Below the pieces are notes generated by a model. The model was given only the letters and a program-made list of their open reading frames with translations. It was not told the DNA's origin and did not search any database. From Pyrodictium abyssi (GTDB lineage Archaea; Thermoproteota; Thermoprotei_A; Sulfolobales; Pyrodictiaceae): a stretch of DNA of 32,000 bases. Positions 1 to 6,836 of the stretch are shown one piece after another; within the stretch, counting starts at the first letter, position 1, and each line of letters begins with the position of its first letter. The position numbers and the translations under genes were made by a program. Location: positions 1 to 32,000 of the forward strand of contig NZ_AP028907.1 in assembly GCF_036323395.1 (NCBI RefSeq). Direction: 5' to 3'.

Positions 1-503
1 GCAGAGGAGCCAGCAAAATAGTTAGAAAACTAAGAATTGATAAATATCGAGACGTGCGTGGACGTATAGACAGCTATAACAATAGTGCTATTTTTGCCGC
101 TCTTCACTGGTCCGGATTTAAGGCTCTAGGCTCAATACTGGTGGTTAGACGTAATGACCTACTGCACCCGAGAGAGATAGATGAAGAGGTAAGAGCCTTA
201 ATAGCTAGAGAACTAAAAGATAAATATTATGCTAAAGTATTTCTTGCCATCTTTGTACCGCAAGAACTTCCACCTAATATAGAGGATAAGCTAAATAAAC
301 TCGAAGAATTATTTGTAAATATACTCCATTGGCGCGAACATAAACAAAAGCTGCGGCTTAGCTTTAGCAAGCTGGCAAATATAGCAGCTACAACAGTTGG
401 TATAGAGGTCAATTCTGTGCGCAAACAGTTAGAAAATAAGCTAATAGAAACCATAAATAAAACTTGGGATGTAGTAAAAGATCTGCAATCTCTATATAGC
501 TGA
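1..503 (+). CDS. hypothetical protein; 3' part of a CDS that runs off the left edge (low-GC island)
   Basis: The frame of the listed 54..503 ORF stays open back to nt 3 (aga gga gcc agc aaa ata gtt ...), so the GTG at 54 is probably internal. The product is Lys/Glu/Leu/Asn-rich and helical-looking, with no motif I recognise. Hand-counted GC is about 37-42% on three 60-nt lines, against about 58-77% just downstream. Confidence 0.5.
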   Translation, partial: RGASKIVRKLRIDKYRDVRGRIDSYNNSAIFAALHWSGFKALGSILVVRRNDLLHPREIDEEVRALIARELKDKYYAKVFLAIFVPQELPPNIEDKLNKLEELFVNILHWREHKQKLRLSFSKLANIAATTVGIEVNSVRKQLENKLIETINKTWDVVKDLQSLYS

Positions 504-535
504 ACCTTATAAGAAATAGCTACTTCAAAAGGTTC
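502..535. terminator. 7-bp inverted repeat spanning the stop codons of two convergent genes
   Basis: GAACCTT (502-508) and AAGGTTC (529-535) flank a 20-nt AT-rich loop. The element lies across the TGA at 501-503 and the TAG (minus strand) at 520-522, exactly at the compositional boundary. Confidence 0.3.
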
Positions 536-1470
536 TGTATGTACCCCATGAACCCGAGTACGGAGTTTATTATCATGCGGTAGCCGTGGGGGCTCCCGCC
601 TAGCTTCTCGTAGAGCCGCGCGGTGTAGGGGTCGCGCTCGATTATCACTTCCAGGGTCTTCTCCGGGTCTAGGCCCTTGACTAGCGCCTCCCGTGCCGTC
701 TCCTCCCAGACGTCTATCTGCCACCGGTGCGTCTCTAGCAGCTGTGCTGGGCCGAGCCCGATGTGGGTGAACGCTATCCTGTCGGGGTTCTCGCTTGCCA
801 TGCGCCTTAGGCTTTCCCGGTACATGTCTAGGCGTAGGGGCGGCGGCGTGGTCGGGGCTAGGCCCTGGGAGCCGGGGTCGTACATGCCGGCTGAGTCGCC
901 GGGGAAGAGTATGCGCTCGCCGTGGGCCCCTGCGGGCTCTAGTAGTATGCTCTGGTGGTGGCTCGCGTGGCCCGGGGTGTGGATTACGCGTAGCCGGGCG
1001 CCGCCGATGGCTAGCTCCATTCCGTCGCTGGCCGCGTTCACGGTGCCGGCGGGGGCTGGCTCGGGCTCGCCGTAGAGGAGCGCTGTCTCCCCTAGGGCCT
1101 CCTGGGAGGCCTTCCAGAGCTTGGCTGGCTCGGCTATGTGGGGGGCGCCGCGGGGGTGAGCCCATATGCGGGCCTCTAGCCCCTGCTCCCTGAGTATCCT
1201 CGCGACGCGGCCGGCGCCGCCGCCGTGGTCTATGTGTACGTGTGTGAGGATTATCTCGACCCGGCGGCTCTCCGCCGCCTCCGCTACAGCGGCTGCGACG
1301 CGGTCTGCTACGGCCGCTGGCCCGGTCTCGATGACCGCTACTGCTGGGCCCCCGGCGTCTACTATGTAGACGCGTATGTAGTCTGCTCCGAAGCCCTCGG
1401 GCGTAGCGTCTAGGACGTGTAGCCGGGCGTAGCCTAGGTCTAGGGTCTCCCTCACAGCCATAGCGAGCAC
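520..1470 (-). CDS. MBL-fold metallo-hydrolase (beta-lactamase-like)
   Basis: 316-aa ORF carrying the HxHxDH motif (ILTHVHIDHGGG) and later His/Asp ligand positions (HTPGHASHH, PGDSAG). Confidence 0.85.
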   Translation of the reverse strand: MLAMAVRETLDLGYARLHVLDATPEGFGADYIRVYIVDAGGPAVAVIETGPAAVADRVAAAVAEAAESRRVEIILTHVHIDHGGGAGRVARILREQGLEARIWAHPRGAPHIAEPAKLWKASQEALGETALLYGEPEPAPAGTVNAASDGMELAIGGARLRVIHTPGHASHHQSILLEPAGAHGERILFPGDSAGMYDPGSQGLAPTTPPPLRLDMYRESLRRMASENPDRIAFTHIGLGPAQLLETHRWQIDVWEETAREALVKGLDPEKTLEVIIERDPYTARLYEKLGGSPHGYRMIINSVLGFMGYIQNLLK

Positions 1471-1554
1471 CTGCGGCTGGTACGCTGGATGGCCCGGGCT
1501 CTATTAGAGAATCGGCTCCCGGGGGCCGCTGCTGCGCCGGAGGCATGGCGCTGC

Positions 1555-1561
1555 TATATAA
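1555..1561 (+). promoter_or_regulatory. TATA-like box upstream of the SWIM-finger ORF
   Basis: TATATAA lies in an otherwise GC-rich spacer, 57 nt upstream of the TTG start at 1618. Confidence 0.3.
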
Positions 1562-1617
1562 GGGTGGAGCCGCGGAGATACACACTGTAGAGCGCCCTTG
1601 GCTGTGGTGTCTCTGCG

Positions 1618-2097
1618 TTGCTGAGGGCTTCCCCGGAGTACCGGTGGCTACGCAGACTAGGCGTGGAGGAGCGGGACATCATCCGGGCTATGCGGCTAGC
1701 CCGCCGCGCAGCCCTAGTGAGGAGCAACGATGAGGCAGTAGTGGCTGTGCCTAGCCAGCGGCTCGGGAGGCTGCCGCGGGAGCGCCTGGTGAGCCATAGC
1801 GACCTGCTAGCGCTGCTCCGGGGCGTTGGCCACCGCGTCGCTGTGGCCCGTGTGGGCAGGCTTCCGGAGGAGCAGCAGGTCTACATGGTGCGCGTGGCGC
1901 GGGGCGGCGCCTGGTGCAGCTGCCCAGCAACGCGGCTCGCTGGCGACCCGTTGTGCGTGCACCGCCTAGCGGCGGCTGTCGTGCTGTACCGGCGTGGCCG
2001 CCTCGACCTGCTCGAGTGGCTCCCGGCGGCCGTGGCGGCGAAAAAGAGGTGGAGGCGCGCCCGGAGAGGGAGACGCCCACCCCAGGGCGGCCGCTAG
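1618..2097 (+). CDS. small SWIM-type zinc-finger protein
   Basis: CxC-x11-CxH signature (WCSCPATRLAGDPLCVHRLAA) with a basic C-terminal tail. The start is TTG, and an in-frame stop at 1588 limits any upstream extension. The 3' end overlaps the convergent phosphoesterase gene by 4 nt. Confidence 0.55.
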   Translation: MLRASPEYRWLRRLGVEERDIIRAMRLARRAALVRSNDEAVVAVPSQRLGRLPRERLVSHSDLLALLRGVGHRVAVARVGRLPEEQQVYMVRVARGGAWCSCPATRLAGDPLCVHRLAAAVVLYRRGRLDLLEWLPAAVAAKKRWRRARRGRRPPQGGR

Positions 2098-2606
2098 ATC
2101 TCCAGGATCTCGGCCTCCATGGTCTCCGTGTCTAGTAGCGCGACGGTCCTCCTGCCTGTTAGGCAGCCACAGGCCTCGCCAGGGTTGAGCACTAAGGTGG
2201 AGCCCATCCTCCTCACGTCCACCTCGTGGGTGTGGCCATATAGGACGGCGTCGTAGCGGCCGCTAGCGGCGAGCGCTTCTACGAACCCGCGCGTCTTCTC
2301 CGCTGGGCCGGTGCCGTGGAGCATTAGGATACGGCGGCCGGCTATCTCCACGGTGTGTGGCCACTCGTGTATCTCGTAGCCTAGGCTGGCTGCTACACGC
2401 TGTAGGCCGAGGCGCTCGCCGCAGTTATTACCGTAGACCGCTATGAGCCTCTTGACCCCATCCTCGCTGAACCGGCGGAGCGTGAAAGGGGCTACTATGT
2501 CGCCCAGGTGGAGGACCAGCTCAGCGCCACGCTCTACTAGGAGCCGGGCGGCCCGCCTAGCCGCCTCCTGGTTGTCGTGAGTGTCGCTCACAACGCCTAT
2601 TATCAC
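2094..2606 (-). CDS. metallophosphoesterase, YfcE/MJ0936 family
   Basis: All calcineurin-like motifs are present in order: VVSDTHD, HLGDIV, YGNNCGE, MLHGTG, GHTH. The 170-aa length is typical. Confidence 0.85.
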   Translation of the reverse strand: MIIGVVSDTHDNQEAARRAARLLVERGAELVLHLGDIVAPFTLRRFSEDGVKRLIAVYGNNCGERLGLQRVAASLGYEIHEWPHTVEIAGRRILMLHGTGPAEKTRGFVEALAASGRYDAVLYGHTHEVDVRRMGSTLVLNPGEACGCLTGRRTVALLDTETMEAEILEI

Positions 2607-2737
2607 GGGTCTACACCCCGGAGGGGCTTCCCCCTAGTGCTGGTCCACCCCCAGGGGTGAAGGCTCTAGCCCCCTTTTTCTCTAGGCGGCCCCTAGGGGG
2701 CTCTACAGGGACCACCTTTATCCCGTGCCAGCGCTTG

Positions 2738-2751
2738 TGCTTAGAGTATAA
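2738..2751 (+). promoter_or_regulatory. TATA/BRE-like motif TGCTTAGAGTATAA
   Basis: The motif ends 19 nt upstream of the TTG at 2770. Nearly the same string recurs upstream of the next gene (3307-3319). Confidence 0.4.
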
Positions 2752-2769
2752 CGTCGCGGTTGGGGAGTC

Positions 2770-3198
2770 TTGCTGCGTAGCCGTAGAGCTCGGCTGGCCT
2801 CGTTCTCTGCGCCGGTGCTCCTAGCCCTGCTAGCCGCCTACGCCGCTACGGCGGGCGACGGCATCCACGGGGCACACCGGGTCGCTGTACTCGCTGCCGC
2901 TGGCGCGGCCGCTTCTGTAGCGCTCAGCAGGAGGCAGAGCCGCAGCGACGAGCAGCTCGTGGTGGTAGAATCGGCGCTGGATGAGCGGGACGAGGCTATA
3001 CTAGAGCTGCTGCGGAGCCACGGCCCCATGGGGGTGAGCGATGTCGCAAGAAGCCTGGGCATAAGCAAGTCGACTGCCTCGAGGAAGCTACGAAAGCTAG
3101 CAGACATGGGGCTGGTAGAGAGAATCGTCGTGGACGGCTCGCCACAGTACCGTGCCAGGGCCACAGCGGATAGGGATAATGCGGATAGAAGCCGGTAG
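2770..3198 (+). CDS. membrane-anchored winged-helix (MarR/ArsR-like) DNA-binding protein
   Basis: Two hydrophobic N-terminal segments (APVLLALLAAYAATA, VAVLAAAGAAASVAL) are followed by an HTH (VSDVARSLGISKSTASRKLRKLADMGLVER). The start is uncertain: TTG at 2770 or GTG at 2815. Confidence 0.6.
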   Translation: MLRSRRARLASFSAPVLLALLAAYAATAGDGIHGAHRVAVLAAAGAAASVALSRRQSRSDEQLVVVESALDERDEAILELLRSHGPMGVSDVARSLGISKSTASRKLRKLADMGLVERIVVDGSPQYRARATADRDNADRSR

Positions 3199-3306
3199 GT
3201 GGGCCCCTGTCTCCCGCATAGGCTTCTACATTGAAGCTATTTATCATAGTTCTTACTAGTTATTGTCTCGATGTCTGTATTAGCGTGTTATGTCCGGATG
3301 TAGTAC

Positions 3307-3324
3307 TGCTAGAGTATAATACTC
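3307..3324 (+). promoter_or_regulatory. TATA/BRE-like motif TGCTAGAGTATAA inside the inverted repeat GAGTAT-A-ATACTC
   Basis: The motif lies 27-44 nt upstream of the GTG at 3351. It shares AGAGTATAA and the TGCT prefix with 2738-2751. The inverted repeat has 6-bp arms around one central base (3312-3324). Confidence 0.45.
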
Positions 3325-3350
3325 CGGGTGCAGCTTAGTATTCTGTACTG

Positions 3351-4757
3351 GTGCCCCTGTTGGCGGATCCTGGTGTGTTCGTAGACCGTCTAGAGGAGCT
3401 TGAAACGCTAGAACGTCTGTGGAGGCTGAGAGAGCCGGGCCTCGTTGTGGTATACGGGAGGAGGCGTGTAGGGAAGACGCGCCTCGTCCTAGAGTGGCTC
3501 CGGGGTAAGCCTCACGCGTACTTCCAGGCTGGGCTCTGGAGCCACCAGCAGAACCTCGAAGGGCTGGCCCGGAGCCTGGAGGAGCAGCTGGGACTCGAGG
3601 GTCTCTCGAGGCTCGGGTTCCGTAGCCTCCGCGACTTGCTGCTGCTGGTCTCCCGGCTTCTCGGGGGCCGCCGAGCAGCCATAGTGATTGACGAGTTCAC
3701 CTACTGGCTAAGGGTCGCGCCGCCTGTGGCTGCTGACCTGCAGTGGTTTGTGGACCACGTGCTGCCCTCTACCGGGATCGTGCTGGTCCTATCGGGGAGC
3801 CTCGTGGGGCTCATGGAGCGGGAGGTTGTGGGCGGCGGGGCGCCTCTCTACGGGAGGGCGCGTGCCCGGCTACGGCTCGGGGAGTTGCAGCCTTGGTGCC
3901 TACCGTTCTTCGCGCCGAGGTACGGGCCCGAAGACCTCGTGCGGCTCTATGGGCTCCTGGGCGGGGTGCCGTACTACCTCCGGCTCGTCGACGACTCCCT
4001 GCCGCCCGTCGAGGCCTATCTGGGGCTCTTTGGGCCCAGCGGAGTCCTCGGGGATGAGCCTCTCTTCCTCCTCCGGGAGGAGTTCCGCGACCCCCATCCA
4101 TACCTCTCGCTAGTACGCGCGCTAGCCCAGGGGGCTACGGGCGTCAGCGAGGCAGCCTCCAGGGCCGGGATGCCAGCGAGCCACGCTTCGCGGTACCTGC
4201 GTGTACTCGTGGACCTGGGGCTTGTAGCGCGCGAGGCGCCGCTCTTCACGCGGAGAGCCTTCTACAGTGTAGCCGACCGTCTTCTACGCTCCTGGTTCTA
4301 CGTGGTCGAGCCGCTTTGGGGCAGGCTAGCCGAGGGGCTCACAAGCGCCCAGGAGGATGCGGGGAGGCGCGCTGAGCGCCTGGCTGCCGAGGCCTGGGAG
4401 CAGCTCGCAGCCAGGCACGCCCTAGCAGTGCTCTCTAGCAGGCTCGGCCTACAGCCCAGTCTTGCCGGCAGGCTTGTCCACCGGGGAGTAGAGGTGGACT
4501 ACGTGATCGTGGACGAGGAGAACAAGGCGGTGCTAGCCGTGGAGGCTAAGTGGTCCTCCCTAGGGCGCCGCGAGGTGGAGAAAACAGCCCGGGAGACAAT
4601 GGCTAAGCTCTACGCTGCGCTGCCCCGCCGCTACCACGGCTACCGCGTCCAAGTAGCGCTCTACCTACGCTCCGCCGAGGGCCCGGAACCGCAGGGAGCA
4701 GTAGTGGTGGAGCCGGGCGACCTGCCTTGGCGGGGCGGCTGCCCGTCCAGGGGCTAG
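3351..4757 (+). CDS. archaeal ATPase (Arch_ATPase/ATPase_2) with wHTH and a DUF234 (PD-(D/E)XK-like) C-terminus
   Basis: Walker A (YGRRRVGKT) and Walker B (AIVIDEF) are present. There is a central HTH (GVSEAASRAGMPASHASRYLRVLVDLGLV) and a C-terminal nuclease-like motif (VEVDYVIVD...LAVEAKWS). Confidence 0.8.
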   Translation: MPLLADPGVFVDRLEELETLERLWRLREPGLVVVYGRRRVGKTRLVLEWLRGKPHAYFQAGLWSHQQNLEGLARSLEEQLGLEGLSRLGFRSLRDLLLLVSRLLGGRRAAIVIDEFTYWLRVAPPVAADLQWFVDHVLPSTGIVLVLSGSLVGLMEREVVGGGAPLYGRARARLRLGELQPWCLPFFAPRYGPEDLVRLYGLLGGVPYYLRLVDDSLPPVEAYLGLFGPSGVLGDEPLFLLREEFRDPHPYLSLVRALAQGATGVSEAASRAGMPASHASRYLRVLVDLGLVAREAPLFTRRAFYSVADRLLRSWFYVVEPLWGRLAEGLTSAQEDAGRRAERLAAEAWEQLAARHALAVLSSRLGLQPSLAGRLVHRGVEVDYVIVDEENKAVLAVEAKWSSLGRREVEKTARETMAKLYAALPRRYHGYRVQVALYLRSAEGPEPQGAVVVEPGDLPWRGGCPSRG

Positions 4758-6586
4758 TGCTTCATCTTGGCCGCTGTTATCACAGTGTACTTGTGCTCCA
4801 GCAGCTCTCCTATGTCTAGCTTGACCCCGGTGGCCTCGACGTGTGCCCTGAGTATCTTCTCCAGCTCCTCAGCCTCGTCGCCGCGGAGGTAGCGGTACTC
4901 GGCCTGCGGGTAGCCCACATGGAGTACTCCCCAGAGCTTCGCTAGGCGGCTGAACTTGTCGCCTAGAGCCTTCTTTAGCTCGTCCACGGTCTGGCTCTGG
5001 AGGGCCTGGTACATCTGCTCTGTTGTTATCTCGCCGCGCGCCGCCATGGCCCTTATGTAGCGTTCTACCTGGCTGCGTGGCGGCGCCTTGCCTATGTGGC
5101 TTAGGGGTACGTGGCCCCGTATGTAGATCTTCCCGCCCACCATGCCGGTGGCTATGTAGCGGCCTACCCTGCCGAGCGCGACTATCGTGCCGCCCGCCAT
5201 GAACTCGCCTAGGTAGTCGCCAGCGTCGCCCCTGACTACTATGACTCCGCCCTTCATCTGTATTCCGAGCCTGTTGCCGGCGTCGCCGAGTATGTGTAGC
5301 TCGCCGCTCCTCATCGCCTGGCCGGCTGCGTCGCCCACGTTGCCGTACACGACGACCCGTGTGTCCTCCATGCTGTCGCCGAGGTCCTCCTGCGCGTCGC
5401 CGTATATCTTCACGTCTAGGCCGCTGGCCACGTTGAGGCTAGCGTTGCCCACGATGCCCCACAGCTCGAGCCGGCCGGGCCCGAGCCCGTTGGCGACGTA
5501 GCGGTGGCCCCTGAGGTTGTAGGCCGCGGCGTAGCCAGCGCGCTCGAGCATAGCTGCTAGCGCCTGGTTGAGCTCCGTCCGGGTCATGCGGCTGGCGTCT
5601 ACGGCCCAGGCCGGCGGCCTAGGGGGCTCCGGCAGCGTCCTGGCCTCGGTGAGGCCGCGTACCTCTATCTCGCCGTCGGGGTAGACTATGACGTAGCCTC
5701 CGCCGCGTAGCAGCCGGGGCCGGGCGCGCGGGTCCATAGCCTTCACGGCTGCTGCCTCGCTCGCTGCGTAGACGCGGTCCTCGGTTACGGCTACGTAGAG
5801 TGGGCGGAGGTGGTGCCGGTCCACGAAGGCCCCGAAGACGGGGCCCCGGGGCTCGCCGTGGATGAATATGACTGCGTGGGGGCCGTCTAGCCTAGCCCAG
5901 CGGGGCCCCTTGCCCTCGACCAGTATCTCGACTATGTCGTGGGCGTTGTAGCCGTCGCGGAAGAAGAGCTCCATGAGGTAGGCTATTACCTCGCTGTCGT
6001 TGCCAGTGAACCCGTTAAGCCCCATCCAGTACTTGACGAGCCGCCTGTTGGCGCCGTAGCTGCTCAGGTCGCCGTTGTGCACTATCACTGTCTCGCCGCT
6101 CGTGAAGGGGTGGGCGAGCCAGGGCTGGAACCCGGGGCTATTGGTGGGGTACCTGGTGTGGCCTATCCAGGCCTGCGCCCGGCGCCCCCATAGCTCGTAG
6201 ACGTCCGCCACCTCGCGGGGCCAGCCGATGCTCTTCCACACCTCGAGGAACCGGGCCGCCTGCAGCAGCCAAAGCCTGCCTACGACGCTGGCGGGCGGGT
6301 AGTCGAGGAGAAGCCTCTCGTCCACCGCTATCCCGTGGCCTAGCTCTGCTATCCTGCGGGGCCCCTCCTCCGTGAGCACGCCTAGCAGCTCCTCGGCCAC
6401 GGGTTCGTCGAGGCCTATCCTGGTGAACACCCTGGCGCGTACTAGGCCCCGTGGCTCCGGGCTGTAGGCAGCATAGCCGGCGCCGTGCTCGGTACCACGC
6501 TCCCTCATCGCCTCGAGGGCTTCTATGACGAGCCTGGACTCTACCTGGCTACCGTCGAGGCTGACTACTCCAGCTATGCCGCACAC
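4754..6586 (-). CDS. glutamate synthase-like protein: class II (Ntn) glutamine amidotransferase fused to a GXGXG domain
   Basis: The N-terminus is MCGIAGV (catalytic Cys2), followed by HTRYPTNS. The C-terminal half has repeated G-x-G-x-G beta-helix strings (VYGNVGDAAGQAM, ILGDAGNRLG, VRGDAGDYLG, VALGRVG). Confidence 0.85.
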   Translation of the reverse strand: MCGIAGVVSLDGSQVESRLVIEALEAMRERGTEHGAGYAAYSPEPRGLVRARVFTRIGLDEPVAEELLGVLTEEGPRRIAELGHGIAVDERLLLDYPPASVVGRLWLLQAARFLEVWKSIGWPREVADVYELWGRRAQAWIGHTRYPTNSPGFQPWLAHPFTSGETVIVHNGDLSSYGANRRLVKYWMGLNGFTGNDSEVIAYLMELFFRDGYNAHDIVEILVEGKGPRWARLDGPHAVIFIHGEPRGPVFGAFVDRHHLRPLYVAVTEDRVYAASEAAAVKAMDPRARPRLLRGGGYVIVYPDGEIEVRGLTEARTLPEPPRPPAWAVDASRMTRTELNQALAAMLERAGYAAAYNLRGHRYVANGLGPGRLELWGIVGNASLNVASGLDVKIYGDAQEDLGDSMEDTRVVVYGNVGDAAGQAMRSGELHILGDAGNRLGIQMKGGVIVVRGDAGDYLGEFMAGGTIVALGRVGRYIATGMVGGKIYIRGHVPLSHIGKAPPRSQVERYIRAMAARGEITTEQMYQALQSQTVDELKKALGDKFSRLAKLWGVLHVGYPQAEYRYLRGDEAEELEKILRAHVEATGVKLDIGELLEHKYTVITAAKMKH

Positions 6587-6836
6587 GCCTAGGCCACCCC
6601 GGTAGCGCTAGTTAGGTGCTGCTGGCAGCCTCACCGCCCAAGGGGCCCTTCCCCGTGGAGGAGTGTGGCCCCTGGGCGCTCAGAGCAGCGTAGCAACAGG
6701 GGGTAAGTGGTGCCCCTTGGTGGGAGCCTAGGGGGCTGGAGAGGCCCGGGCAGGGTTATAAAGAGGCTCGGAGGGGCTGGGAGCCGCTTCTGCACCAGCT
6801 TCATGCCTCCCACCGTACAGATGTAGGCCCCGGGGG

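Noticed and set aside
227-1585. 452-aa minus-strand ORF spanning the MBL gene region
   Set aside because: It is extremely Arg/Pro/Gly/Ser-rich and low-complexity, and it lies in an alternative frame of the well-supported MBL hydrolase gene. This is a typical high-GC shadow ORF.
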